From NCBI GenBank assembly GCA_965200245.1, contig CBDATS010000005.1:608001-672000 (forward strand): a DNA stretch of 64,000 bases, given 5' to 3'. The notes beneath the pieces were generated by a model. It had not been told where the DNA came from. It made no database searches and worked only from the letters and a program-made list of their open reading frames with translations. The stretch is from a bacterium. GTDB lineage: Bacteria > UBA8248. Positions 20,348-30,736 of the stretch are shown here, in pieces; the stretch's first letter is position 1; every line of letters starts with the position of its first letter. A program made the translations under genes and the position numbers.

Positions 20348-22231
20348 TCAACGTGGAGAGGCCATTCGCTGCCTCTCGCGCAGAAGCGCGTTTTTCCGCT
20401 CCAGCAAATTCCACACGTTGGGGGAATCCTCCCCCTCCTCCTTACGTGTCTGTTCGATACACTTGAGTATATCTTGTTCCGCCTTTCGGCGGCGGCGTTC
20501 CTTGAGCTTCTCAATGCAGTCGAAAAGTTCCGCCTCCACCTCATCGGGCTCCGCCTCAACGACGGCCAACTCGACCACCAAGGAGCGCGCGGCAGGGCTC
20601 TTCAGCCTATCCGCGATGTAAGCCGCCGTGAGCGAGGTAACATCCTGCGATTTCATAAAAGAGAGAACCTCGCCGATCGCCTCGTCGGTTATCAGACCGC
20701 CCGGTACTTCGGATGCCAATTCCGGCTTGATGAGCAGAAGCTGGAGGACGTCCACCTCTACTTTTGGGCGTCTAAGGTTCTCCCCGAGCAGATTGACCTG
20801 TTTTTCTCTTGTGGGTGTTCTTTCCCGGGCATTTTCCGCCAGCAATCTCTTCACCATGGCCGTCAGCGTAGGATACGGAATCCCGAGTTGATCCTCCAGC
20901 AAGGCCAAATATTGGTCCTGAACGCTGCGGTGGCAAGTCCCGAGTATGGGCAAGAGCCGCTGGACAGCCTCGATTTTCTCGGCTTGGCTTGCGCCTGCAG
21001 AGATTCCGGCCATCGCTCTCTGGACGGTGTTTTCCAGAATGCCTTGCGCTTTGGCGAGTAGATGCGCGAAGTCCTTCGCTCCGTTTTTACCCAAAAACGT
21101 GTCGATGTCGCGCCCCTCGGGCAGGTTCACCACCTTGAGACGCAAGGCTCCCGCCCCGCCGCGGTCAATAAAATTCTTGCGCAGCACGTCGCTCGCCACA
21201 AGCAGATCGGGAGCACCCGCAAGGCCAAGCATCCGTCCCGCTACCGATCCCGCGCGCTCTGAGGCCGCGAGTCCCGCCGCATCGGAATCGAAGACGAACA
21301 CGAGTTCCTCGGCGTGCGCGCGGAGACTCCTGATGTGTTCGGCGGTCAACGCTGTACCCAGCGGCGCCACGACCTCCCTGAAGCCGTGCTGCCAAAGCGA
21401 TACGACGTCGAAATAGCCTTCCGTCACCAAGGCGCGCTTTTTCTCGCGAATCGCCTCCCTGCACTCGTAAAAGCCATAGAGCGTCCTGCCTTTCTTAAAG
21501 AGTGCGGTATCCGGCGAATTCACATATTTCGCCGTGGCGTGGCGCGAGTCGCTGTCAGGCAGCGAACGCCCACCAAAGCCCACTACCTCGTCCTCGTGGT
21601 TGCGGATAGGGAACATGATACGGTCCCGGAAGCGATCATAATAGCCACTACCATCCTCGCGCCGCACCGCGAGTCCCGCTTCTGCGAGGTCGCCAGGATA
21701 CACCCCTCTCTCACCTGCGGCGTTGATGAGGGCGTCCCAGCGCGGAGGTGCAAACCCGATTCGAAACCTCTCGACGGCTTCACCCGAAACGCCACGCTCA
21801 TCCAGATACCGGCGGCCCCTCTCGCCGGAGTTGCTCCTGAGCGTAGCTTGGAAAAAATCGGTCGCCAGGCGATTTGCGGCCCGAATCTTCCCGCGCATGT
21901 CGGGCTTTTGCGAACTTCGACCGGAGGGTTCCTCATAACGGGATATGTCGATCCCCTGGCGCTTTGCCAAGCGCGAGAGCGCCTCGGGGAAAGTCATGCC
22001 CTCGTGCTGCATGAGAAACTGAAAAACGTTGCCCCCCGCCCCGCAGCCGAAGCATTTGTAGATGCCCATGCGCGGGTTCACGTTGAAAGAAGGCGTTTTC
22101 TCATCATGGAACGGGCAAAGCCCCTTGTAGTTTGTTCCCGCCTTCTTGAGGTGCACGAACTCGCCGATGACGTCTTCTATCGGAGCACCATCTCTTATCT
22201 GATCGACAACTTCTTCAGGAATTCTTCCCAT
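20348..22231 (-). CDS. dnaG: DNA primase
   Basis: CPFH..C..C zinc finger, YDRFRDRIMFPI, KYVNSP, EGYFD and FDSDAAG. Confidence 0.97.
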   Translation of the reverse strand: MGRIPEEVVDQIRDGAPIEDVIGEFVHLKKAGTNYKGLCPFHDEKTPSFNVNPRMGIYKCFGCGAGGNVFQFLMQHEGMTFPEALSRLAKRQGIDISRYEEPSGRSSQKPDMRGKIRAANRLATDFFQATLRSNSGERGRRYLDERGVSGEAVERFRIGFAPPRWDALINAAGERGVYPGDLAEAGLAVRREDGSGYYDRFRDRIMFPIRNHEDEVVGFGGRSLPDSDSRHATAKYVNSPDTALFKKGRTLYGFYECREAIREKKRALVTEGYFDVVSLWQHGFREVVAPLGTALTAEHIRSLRAHAEELVFVFDSDAAGLAASERAGSVAGRMLGLAGAPDLLVASDVLRKNFIDRGGAGALRLKVVNLPEGRDIDTFLGKNGAKDFAHLLAKAQGILENTVQRAMAGISAGASQAEKIEAVQRLLPILGTCHRSVQDQYLALLEDQLGIPYPTLTAMVKRLLAENARERTPTREKQVNLLGENLRRPKVEVDVLQLLLIKPELASEVPGGLITDEAIGEVLSFMKSQDVTSLTAAYIADRLKSPAARSLVVELAVVEAEPDEVEAELFDCIEKLKERRRRKAEQDILKCIEQTRKEEGEDSPNVWNLLERKNALLRERQRMASPR

Positions 22232-22261
22232 TCCACCACCCTCATCCCGAAAAACAGAAAA

Positions 22262-24613
22262 TCAGCGCAGGGCCAACTCTACATTCGTAACACCCCAGCC
22301 ACCTTCTTCGGGCCGGGCAGGACCGAACTTCGACACCAAAGCGTGTTCCTTCAGACGCTCGGAGATGACCTTGGAGAGCACTCCCTCTCCCTTTCCGTGA
22401 ACGATGCGAACCGATGCAATGCCCACAAGCGCTGCGTCGTCGAGATATTTGTCCACCATCTCGATGGCACGCTCGGCGCGCACGCCGCGCACTTGAAGCT
22501 CGGGTGAGAAATCGTCTCCCCTCGATAAAACATCGTGCGTTACTGTACTTCTCTGGGCGGGCGCGACCGGCGTGTCGACAACTTCGACAACACTGCAGGA
22601 TAACCGCAGGGATTTACCGTTCACTGATACAGTCAGTTCATCCTCCCCGTGCAGGGCGGATACCTCGCCCGTACAGTTCATGAGCGGGATGCGCACCCTT
22701 TCTCCCACGCGGAGCGAAACCGGTCCGCATGCCACCGCCATTTCCTTTTTCACGGGAAGCGCTTCTTCAATCCGGGCACTCATCTCGCGTATGCGCTCGC
22801 GCGCGATTCGCTTGGCTTTCTCCATTTCGATGGACTCACGCATCTCGCTCAGGAGTTCATCCGCCCCACGCCTCAAATCTTTGAGGAAACGGGCCGCCTC
22901 GTCGCTTCTTTCGCGCGCCTCCTCATTCACTTGGCGCGCGATTTCCGTCTCACGCGTTTCGAGCCGCGCCTGCCGGATAGACAGTTCGGTTTCTTTTTCT
23001 TCTATCTCGCGCTGGCGGTCGGAGAGACTCGCCATGAGGCGATCCACCTGGACGGGACCTTTCAGAAGAAGTGTTCCGGCGCGCGCCAGCACGGACTTGG
23101 GCAAGCCCATCTTCTCTGCCACCGACATGGCATTGCTCGGACCGGCCGTCCCCATGCGTATCCGATAGGTGGGTGAAAGATCCTCTACATCAAACTCCAC
23201 CGATGCGTTCTCGGCGTGCGCTGCCTGATAGGCATAATGCTTGAGCGCGTCGTGGTGCGTCGTCACGATGCAAAGCGCACCGCTCGCCGCCAGATGCTCA
23301 AGTACAGAGACGCCGATGGCCGAACCTTCTGCTGGATCGGTACCGGATCCAAGTTCGTCAAGGAGCACAAGCACACCCTCTCCCGCTTCGCGAACGGCAC
23401 CCGAGACGCGGGCCATGTGGCCCGAAAAGGTGCTCAGGTTCTGTTGAATATCCTGCTCATCGCCGATGTCAGCGACGAGCGTCCTGACGATGGGCAGCGC
23501 GCTCTCGGGCGCAGCCGGTATGGGGACACCGCACTGGTGAAGCGCCACGCAAAGGCCCACAGTCTTGAGCGCTACCGTCTTGCCGCCCGTGTTGGGTCCC
23601 GTGATGAGGAGTTGGCGAACGCCCTCCCTCCCGACTTGCAGATCGATGGGCACCGCCTGTTCTTTCGGGACTGCGCCGACTCCCGCCGTGAGCAGCGGAT
23701 GGCGCGCGGCTTTCAGTCGAATGCTGCCGTCCACGCTCGCCTGAGCACGTGCGCCGCGCCAATCGACTCCCAAGCGTGCCTTCGCCCAGATGAGATCGAA
23801 CGTCGCCAGAAACTCAACCAGACAGGCAATAGACTCGCGCGCCACCATGACCTCCGCAGTCAATTCGCGCAGGATTCTATCCACCTCCACTCGCTCGGCT
23901 TCGCGCTCCTCGGCGATGGCGTTGTTCAGGAGCACCGCCGAGAGAGGCTCGACGAACAGCGTCTCTCCACTCGAAGAGCGATCCTGTATCACGCCCTCGA
24001 ACGAGCGGCGGAAAACCGTTTTGGCGGGAATCAGATACCGCTCGCGTCGCTGAACAATCAAATTTTCCTGAATTGCATTCGGATGAGCAGCCATAACCCT
24101 ACCGAGCAAACGGCGTATCTCGGCCCTGAGCGCACGCTGTTTCACCCTTGATTCTTGAAGCTTGAAACTCGCATCGTCACGCACCTCGCCACGTTCATCG
24201 AGGATGCGCTTGATTCGCGCGGCCAAGGGATACTGCATATCCACGCCGTGAATGCGCATCCTCAGCTTGGGTGACCGTTCGGCGCATTCTTCCACGAAAC
24301 GGCGTACGTTGGAAGCGAGATTCAGCATTGAGAGAATCGAGAGGAATTTCTCACCTTCCAGGTTCCCGCCCCGACGTCTCACATCCTCAAGCCATGCTTC
24401 GGGGTTGTCGAATGCGGCCAGAGGTATGTACTCCCCTGCGCCTAAAAGCGCCATGGCTTCATCAGTCTCATCAAGCAGGGTATTAACCTCGCGAGACGAA
24501 GTGAGCGGAACGAGCGCTGCGCCTGAATTCGCACCGGGAACGGAGGCGCAGCGATCTTTCAGCAAATCCAAAACATTTTTGAATTCAATGCTTTGCAGTG
24601 TTCGACTATCCAT
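22262..24613 (-). CDS. mutS2: MutS2 (ATPase plus KOW and Smr domains)
   Basis: TGPNTGGKT, DIGDEQ, STFSGHM, LDELGSGTDP and C-terminal Smr (HGKGEG). Confidence 0.95.
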   Translation of the reverse strand: MDSRTLQSIEFKNVLDLLKDRCASVPGANSGAALVPLTSSREVNTLLDETDEAMALLGAGEYIPLAAFDNPEAWLEDVRRRGGNLEGEKFLSILSMLNLASNVRRFVEECAERSPKLRMRIHGVDMQYPLAARIKRILDERGEVRDDASFKLQESRVKQRALRAEIRRLLGRVMAAHPNAIQENLIVQRRERYLIPAKTVFRRSFEGVIQDRSSSGETLFVEPLSAVLLNNAIAEEREAERVEVDRILRELTAEVMVARESIACLVEFLATFDLIWAKARLGVDWRGARAQASVDGSIRLKAARHPLLTAGVGAVPKEQAVPIDLQVGREGVRQLLITGPNTGGKTVALKTVGLCVALHQCGVPIPAAPESALPIVRTLVADIGDEQDIQQNLSTFSGHMARVSGAVREAGEGVLVLLDELGSGTDPAEGSAIGVSVLEHLAASGALCIVTTHHDALKHYAYQAAHAENASVEFDVEDLSPTYRIRMGTAGPSNAMSVAEKMGLPKSVLARAGTLLLKGPVQVDRLMASLSDRQREIEEKETELSIRQARLETRETEIARQVNEEARERSDEAARFLKDLRRGADELLSEMRESIEMEKAKRIARERIREMSARIEEALPVKKEMAVACGPVSLRVGERVRIPLMNCTGEVSALHGEDELTVSVNGKSLRLSCSVVEVVDTPVAPAQRSTVTHDVLSRGDDFSPELQVRGVRAERAIEMVDKYLDDAALVGIASVRIVHGKGEGVLSKVISERLKEHALVSKFGPARPEEGGWGVTNVELALR

Positions 24614-24628
24614 AGAGTATCGTCCACG

Positions 24629-24790
24629 GATAAATGATTCACAACAAAATCATGTGCTTCGTCCCGGCGTGGGGACTGGTCGCGTATTCCAAAAATCTCG
24701 CTTGAAAATCAGGCTGTCCTCGTCCAGCGTCCCCGTCTTGAAAATCCGCAGAAACGCCAGTGGGGCGAAGTATCGCTTAGAATCCTTATC
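24629..24790. ncRNA. Candidate structured RNA (long irregular hairpin with internal bubble), family unassigned
   Basis: Four nested complementary segments found by eye (see findings); no known motif recognised. Confidence 0.3.
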
Positions 24791-24934
24791 GTCAGTCGTT
24801 CTTCCAGATGTGACTAAGACCGAGATGTCCAAACAAAATACGGGAGACTCCCTGCGTCATCCCACATCGTTTTGAGAATCAACCGTTAAAAAAACAAGCG
24901 ACGCAGAGCGCACACTAACCCGTTATTAAAAGGC

Positions 24935-24963
24935 AATATAGGAACCAAAACGAAAATTGTCAA
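24935..24963 (-). promoter_or_regulatory. Sigma70 promoter about 320 nt upstream of mutS2
   Basis: TTGACA (24963-24958)-17-TATATT (24940-24935). Confidence 0.7.
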
Positions 24964-25028
24964 GCTTAGTGAAAGTAATAGAAATGTCCTGTCCACACAC
25001 CGAATCGCGTAACCAAGCTGCAAAAGCC

Positions 25029-25703
25029 CTATCTTTCAGATTCGGGTCTTCCACCGCGCCCGAATCGGCGAGCGAGCTCCGCAAAAACCCGCCCTGGAGG
25101 CACACCGCGCACGGCCATGCCCACCAAGGTGTGGAACCACAAGTCGGCCACCTCGTTCGCTACCGCGTCGGGGTCCTCTTCTTTCATCGCCATGACAACC
25201 TCGGCGGATTCCTCATCTATCTTCTCCAGCACCCGTTCCCCGCCCTTGGCAAACAGGCGCGCCACGTAGCTCGAATCCGTATCGCCCGCCTCTTTCCTCT
25301 CAAGAATGAGGCGATACACCGATTCGAGCAGGTTGTGATCGAAGTCAAAAACTGACTCGCCTTCTTCTCGTCCGGGCAACGGGATTTCCGTGAAAAAACA
25401 AGACATGCGGTTCGTGTGGCAGGCTAGCCTGTCGGGCCTTACGATGAACACCAGGGCATCGGAGTCACAATCGAGCCTCGCAGATACCAAGCGGAGATAG
25501 TCTCCTGAGGTCTCGCCCTTGTGCCAAAGTTGCCGCCGGGAGCGGGACCAGAAGTGGACAGTCCCCTTCTCCAGTGTGAGGCGCAACGATTCTTCGTTCA
25601 CCCAAGCCAAGGTCAGCACCTCACCCGTACCGGCGTCCTGACAAATGGCGGGGGCCAGACCCTGCTCGTTCCATTTGACCTCGGGGATTTCCACCTTGCT
25701 CAA
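25029..25703 (-). CDS. hisIE: Bifunctional PR-AMP cyclohydrolase/PR-ATP pyrophosphatase
   Basis: [21 protein letters not shown] and ACHT..SCF, followed by [19 protein letters not shown]. Confidence 0.95.
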   Translation of the reverse strand: MSKVEIPEVKWNEQGLAPAICQDAGTGEVLTLAWVNEESLRLTLEKGTVHFWSRSRRQLWHKGETSGDYLRLVSARLDCDSDALVFIVRPDRLACHTNRMSCFFTEIPLPGREEGESVFDFDHNLLESVYRLILERKEAGDTDSSYVARLFAKGGERVLEKIDEESAEVVMAMKEEDPDAVANEVADLWFHTLVGMAVRGVPPGRVFAELARRFGRGGRPESER

Positions 25704-26470
25704 AGCCTCACCTCCACGCCGCGTTCTCGCAGATAGACCTTCACCTCCTCAACCGAGTAATCGCCGAAATGGAATATTGAGGCAGCCAAAACGGCGTCGG
25801 CGCAACCTACTTCCACACCCTCGTAGAGATGCTCCAGATTTCCCACCCCGCCCGAGGCAATAACGGGAACGCCCACCCGCTCGGCTATCGTGCGCGTGAG
25901 GACCAGATCATAACCGTCCTTTGTACCATCCCTGTCCATACTGGTCAGGAGAATCTCGCCCGCGCCCAGCGCGCATGCCTCCTCCGCCCAAGTCACGGCG
26001 TCCTTGCCGGTGGGACGCGATCCGCCGTGTGTGAAAGCCTCCCACCGGGACGCGTCCGCATCGCCCGAGACGCGCTTGGCATCTATAGCACAGACGATGG
26101 TGGAGCTTCCGTAGCGCTCCGCCGATCGCTTGATGACGCCCGAATCCCTAAGCGCCGCGCTGTTGATACTCACCTTGTCTGCACCTGCTCTGAGCAGATC
26201 GCGCACATCTTCCTCTTCTCGCACGCCACCGCCCACAGTCAGGGGAACGAACACCCGCTCCGCCGTGCGGCGGACCATGTCAAGCAGGGTGCCGCGCTTT
26301 TCCTTCGAAGCCGTGATGTCGAGAAAGCAGATTTCATCCGCTCCCATCTCGTCGTAATGAGCAGCGCACTCCACGGGATCGCCTGCGTCGCGCAGACCCT
26401 CGAAATTCACACCCTTCACCACGCGGCCTTCCTTCACGTCGAGACAGGGGATGATTCGCTTCGCTAGCAA
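25700..26470 (-). CDS. hisF: Imidazole glycerol phosphate synthase cyclase subunit
   Basis: [20 protein letters not shown] and AASIFH. Confidence 0.97.
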   Translation of the reverse strand: MLAKRIIPCLDVKEGRVVKGVNFEGLRDAGDPVECAAHYDEMGADEICFLDITASKEKRGTLLDMVRRTAERVFVPLTVGGGVREEEDVRDLLRAGADKVSINSAALRDSGVIKRSAERYGSSTIVCAIDAKRVSGDADASRWEAFTHGGSRPTGKDAVTWAEEACALGAGEILLTSMDRDGTKDGYDLVLTRTIAERVGVPVIASGGVGNLEHLYEGVEVGCADAVLAASIFHFGDYSVEEVKVYLRERGVEVRL

Positions 26471-27189
26471 GAGAGTAACTCCATCGCCTTTGAGAAATCC
26501 ATGGTTCCCTCATACAGGGCACGTCCCACAACGGCGCCAATGACACCTTTCTCCTCCAGAGAAATGAGCTTCTCCACATCCTCTAACCTGCTCACCCCGC
26601 CCGCAGCGATAATGGGCAAACCGCAAGCTTGGGCCAAGGAAGCGGTGGGGTCCGGGTCGAAACCCTCCAACGTGCCGTCGCGTCTGATGTCAGTGAAGAT
26701 GATACCCGCAAGAGGAAGGTGCGCGAAGCGGTTCGCGAGCAATTCAGGCGACACCGAATTCCTCTCCTCCCAGCCCGAAATTCTGACTTCTCCGTCTTTG
26801 GCGTCGATGCCCAACAAAATCTTGCCGGGGTGCTCCATCGCGGCGGATTCCAGGAACACAGGATTTCTGAGCGCGCTCGTACCAAGGATAATAAAGCTCG
26901 CCCCCGCCTTAAGCACAGCTGCGAGTGAATCTTCTGATCGCACGCCGCCGCCGAACTCCACAGGAACATTCACGGCCTCCGCCACCTGCGCGAGGATGTC
27001 GATGTGAGCAGGCACGCCATGAAAAGCGCCGTCCAAGTCGATAAGGTGAAGTCGCTTCGCACCCTGCTCCACCCAGTGAATCGCCCAAGTCACAGGGTCG
27101 TCGCCGTAGACGATCTCGCGCCCTTTCTGGCCCTGTATGAGCCTCACGCATTTGCCGTCTTTCAGATCGACCGCCGGAATGAGAAGCAA
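26464..27189 (-). CDS. hisA: ProFAR isomerase
   Basis: IPAVDL..G.CVRL.QG, DLDGA and TDI.RDG. Confidence 0.96.
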   Translation of the reverse strand: MLLIPAVDLKDGKCVRLIQGQKGREIVYGDDPVTWAIHWVEQGAKRLHLIDLDGAFHGVPAHIDILAQVAEAVNVPVEFGGGVRSEDSLAAVLKAGASFIILGTSALRNPVFLESAAMEHPGKILLGIDAKDGEVRISGWEERNSVSPELLANRFAHLPLAGIIFTDIRRDGTLEGFDPDPTASLAQACGLPIIAAGGVSRLEDVEKLISLEEKGVIGAVVGRALYEGTMDFSKAMELLSC

Positions 27190-27332
27190 AACGCCACCCC
27201 TGAGATGAAGTCCGCGTTCGTGTTGCGCCTCTCATTAAACCCAAACAGGATTTATTGCAAACGCTCGTGAGAATTTGTTGCGCAAAGAGGGCAACGCGCG
27301 CACAAGATGACCCACCCCAAAAGGGTCAACCT

Positions 27333-28001
27333 CTATACAGATGAGGCTTTATGCGCAATACAGATATCGACGAATTTTCTCAAAATGCTCAGACCCAGCT
27401 TGCCGCTTTTTTCGGGGTGGAACTGGGTAGCGAAGAGGTTTCCCCGGCGGACACTGGCGATGAAAGGAACACCGAAATCGCATGTCGCCGCAATCCAGGG
27501 ACGCGCGGCTTCTGAAGGCTCCGCGTAGTAGGAGTGGACAAAATAGAAATGCGCACCACCCGGCAGATCCGAGAGAATCGGGGATTCATTATGAAATTCA
27601 GGCTGGTTCCAACCCATGTGCGGGACCTTGAGCGGCAGCGCAGAACTGTTTTCCGTCATCCCATCGGGGAAGCGTCTCACGCGCCCGGGGAGGATTCCCA
27701 AGCCTGGTGTGGAACCGAATTCCTCACTTTCCTCGAAAAGAATCTGAAGCCCCAAGCAAATTCCCAAGTAGGGCACACCCTTTTCTATGGCAAGGCGCAA
27801 AGGCCCTGTGAGACCGGCATCCTCCAGGGCACGCATGCAATCGGGGAAACCACCCACCCCTGGGAGGATCAGGCCTTTAGCGGCGCTCAAAACCTCGGGA
27901 TCGTCGCTCAGCACCGCCTGCGCGCCGACTTTGACCAGAGCATTCCTTACGTTCAGAACGTTTCCCATGCCGTAGTCGACCACGACGATCTCTGCCGTCA
28001 T
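27333..28001 (-). CDS. hisH: IGP synthase glutaminase subunit
   Basis: DYGMGN, LPGVG, GICLG, HMGWN, YFVHSY and QFHPEKS; GAGGAG RBS. Confidence 0.96.
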   Translation of the reverse strand: MTAEIVVVDYGMGNVLNVRNALVKVGAQAVLSDDPEVLSAAKGLILPGVGGFPDCMRALEDAGLTGPLRLAIEKGVPYLGICLGLQILFEESEEFGSTPGLGILPGRVRRFPDGMTENSSALPLKVPHMGWNQPEFHNESPILSDLPGGAHFYFVHSYYAEPSEAARPWIAATCDFGVPFIASVRRGNLFATQFHPEKSGKLGLSILRKFVDICIAHKASSV

Positions 28002-28038
28002 CCCGCTCCTCATAGTGATGGGTTACTGGAAAATAGCT

Positions 28039-28641
28039 TCATAAAGCGCCCTTGGTACTGGGCACGCTCTTATCTCTCGGATCGAGCGAGACGCCTGCGC
28101 GCAACGCCCTCGCAAAACCCTTGAACACTGCTTCGACCATGTGGTGACTATTGTCCCCGTAGCAAACCTCGACATGGAGGTCGACACCCGCGTGGGTGAC
28201 CACCGACCAGAAAAACTCGCGCACGAGCGAAGTATCGAACTCACCGATTTGGGCTTCCGGAAATGAAGCTCGGAAGATGAGGTTTGCACGGCCGCCAAAA
28301 TCCGCCGCCACGTGAACGAGCGCATCCATCATGGGCAGACGCACATCGGCGTAGCGGTTAATGCTCGTTCGATCTCCCAATGCCTTCGCAAGCGTCTGCC
28401 CGAGGATAATGCCTACATCCTCCACCGTATGGTGGCCATCGACGCCCAAATCTCCTTTGCCGCTAACAGTCAAGTCCACCAGTCCGTGGCGGGCTATCTG
28501 GGCGAGCATGTGATCGAAAAAACCGATTCCCGTGGCAATTTCGGCCTCACCTGCGCCGTCGAGGTTAATAGCAACAGAAAAGTCGGTTTCCATCGTCTTT
28601 CTGCTCACGCGGGCTATTCTCTGTTTAGCTCTTGCAGTCAC
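28039..28641 (-). CDS. hisB: Imidazoleglycerol-phosphate dehydratase
   Basis: TGIGFFDHML, HHTVED, HHMVEAVFK and PSTKG; GTG start after a GA-rich RBS. Confidence 0.96.
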   Translation of the reverse strand: MTARAKQRIARVSRKTMETDFSVAINLDGAGEAEIATGIGFFDHMLAQIARHGLVDLTVSGKGDLGVDGHHTVEDVGIILGQTLAKALGDRTSINRYADVRLPMMDALVHVAADFGGRANLIFRASFPEAQIGEFDTSLVREFFWSVVTHAGVDLHVEVCYGDNSHHMVEAVFKGFARALRAGVSLDPRDKSVPSTKGAL

Positions 28642-28733
28642 CTTCTCTCTCCCGGCGGAATAGAATCTCTGTGAACACGCCACCTCAAAGCAGTACGATC
28701 ATGCTTGATCCGCACCCATTCCGCCAGTGTCCT

Positions 28734-30029
28734 TTAAGAATCGCCACGCCTCAAGCGCAACGCGCGCGCGTGGGCGGGTAAGCCTTCCAGATCAGCGAGT
28801 CTCGCTGCCGGTTCAGCCAGTCGCACAACGGCAGCCTCATCGAAACTCACCTTGCTCGTCCATTTGATGAAATCATACACCCCGAGCGGCGAGGCGAAAC
28901 GCGCTGTGCCTCCTGTGGGTAGTACGTGATTGGGGCCTGCAATATAATCGCCCAAAGGAACCGGACTCCACGGTCCGCAGAATACCGCGCCCGCGTTGCG
29001 AATCCCTTTGCCCGCCTCTTCCGCGCGCTCCAACAAAATCTCCAAGTGTTCGGGTGCAAGCATCTCCGAAATTTTGATCGCCTCCTCACGCGAAGCCACC
29101 TCGATAATCGCGCCGCGATTCTGCAAAGCCTGCGCTATCTCCGCACTCCTCAAAGCGGAACGCAACTGGCTTTGTACTTCCCGCTCCAAGGCGTCAGCTG
29201 TCTCCGCTCCCACACAAATGCCCACTGCCATCGCCTGCACGTCGTGCTCGGCTTGAGCGAGCAAGTCCGCAGCCGCCCATTCGGCCAGCGCCGCATTATC
29301 CAAGAGTACGACCACCTCACTCGGCCCGGCCTCCTTGTCGATCTCCACGCGCCCGCGCACGATGCGCTTCGCAGCGGCGACGTATACGTTGCCCGGGCCC
29401 ACTATCTTGTCCACACGTGGGACGCTCTTCGTCCCATAGGCCAATGCAGCGATCGCCTGCGCGCCGCCAACGGGCACGACGCGCGTCAGACCCGCCAGAG
29501 CCGCCGCCGCCAGCACGGCGTCGGGGACTTTGCCGTCTGAACCCGGCGGGGTGCAAAGAACCAACTCCTTCACACCCGCGACACGCGCGGGAACGGCGTT
29601 CATAAGCACCGTAGAGGGATAGGCCGCAGTGCCGCCCGGCACATAGAGGCCCACGCTCGCGAGTGCAGTGGGCTCGAGTGATAGCCGCTCACCAGACGTC
29701 GGCTCAAGCGTGATCGCAAAGGGAACCTGCGCCTCGTGGAACGCGCGAACCCGCTCCTCAGCGAGTTTCAGGGCGGCTAATGTCTCGGTCGGTAATTCAC
29801 CTAACGCACGCGCCATCTCTTCAGGACCAATGACAAGGTTCTCAGGATCGAGAGATATACCGTCGAACTCTTGCGTCAACTCGACCAGAGCATCATCCGC
29901 ATCCTTTCTCACGCGTTCTATGATTGCGCGCACACCAGGCTCGACACAGGAAAACGCGTCCTCTCCGCTCAAGGAGAGGCGCTCGATCTCCTCAATGAAA
30001 TTCTCAGACCCGCAATTTATACGCTTCAC
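28734..30029 (-). CDS. hisD: Histidinol dehydrogenase
   Basis: GLYVPGG, GPGN.YV, AGPSE, AQAEH, APEHLE and GPNHVLPT. Confidence 0.97.
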   Translation of the reverse strand: MKRINCGSENFIEEIERLSLSGEDAFSCVEPGVRAIIERVRKDADDALVELTQEFDGISLDPENLVIGPEEMARALGELPTETLAALKLAEERVRAFHEAQVPFAITLEPTSGERLSLEPTALASVGLYVPGGTAAYPSTVLMNAVPARVAGVKELVLCTPPGSDGKVPDAVLAAAALAGLTRVVPVGGAQAIAALAYGTKSVPRVDKIVGPGNVYVAAAKRIVRGRVEIDKEAGPSEVVVLLDNAALAEWAAADLLAQAEHDVQAMAVGICVGAETADALEREVQSQLRSALRSAEIAQALQNRGAIIEVASREEAIKISEMLAPEHLEILLERAEEAGKGIRNAGAVFCGPWSPVPLGDYIAGPNHVLPTGGTARFASPLGVYDFIKWTSKVSFDEAAVVRLAEPAARLADLEGLPAHARALRLRRGDS

Positions 30030-30736
30030 GACTTCTCCTCGCCCGAGGGCGGTTCCGCGCTGTTTTCGAAACGGTTAGCGGCGGGGGGAATAGCTCCCTT
30101 CAACTGCTCAATGATGGCGCTCAATGTCTTGTAGTTCGTCTTTAAACTCGCGCGGTTGGCGATGAGCTTCGCCGTCGCGCTGAAAATCTCTCGAATCGGG
30201 ACCAGTCCATTGGCCCGAAGCGTTCCGCCGGTGTCAACCAAATCCACGACGATGTCCGCCACCCCCGTGGCGGGCGCGATCTCCACGTTACCGTAAAGGC
30301 GGACGATTTTGGCCTGAATCCCCATCCGAACGAAAAAGCGGGTGGTGATGACCGGAAACTTCGTCGCCACACGCAACGAGAGTCGCCCGCTCAAGTCCTC
30401 CCAAGCAACACCCTCTGGTGCCGCGACCATGAGGCGGCACGGTGCGATGTTCATGTCCAGTGGTTCATACACGTCACGCCCCTGTTCGAGGAGCACATCG
30501 CGCCCGATGATGCCCAAATCCGCCGCCCCGCGCTCAACGTAGATAGGAACGTCATGATTCCTCAGAATCAAAATTCGTATGCCTGTATCGGGGTCCCGTA
30601 GAATGAGCTTTCGGGACTTGTCTGATATCGGCTTCGACAATACGCCCGCCTTTACCAGACATTCGGTGGCTTCAGAGAAAATTCTTCCCTTGGGCAGGGC
30701 GATGATCAATTCTTTGTCCCCGTTCTCTTCCATCAT
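30026..30736 (-). CDS. hisG: ATP phosphoribosyltransferase, short form
   Basis: IALPKGR, ADLGIIG.D, VATKFP and DLVDTGGTLRANGL; no C-terminal regulatory domain. Confidence 0.95.
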   Translation of the reverse strand: MMEENGDKELIIALPKGRIFSEATECLVKAGVLSKPISDKSRKLILRDPDTGIRILILRNHDVPIYVERGAADLGIIGRDVLLEQGRDVYEPLDMNIAPCRLMVAAPEGVAWEDLSGRLSLRVATKFPVITTRFFVRMGIQAKIVRLYGNVEIAPATGVADIVVDLVDTGGTLRANGLVPIREIFSATAKLIANRASLKTNYKTLSAIIEQLKGAIPPAANRFENSAEPPSGEEKS

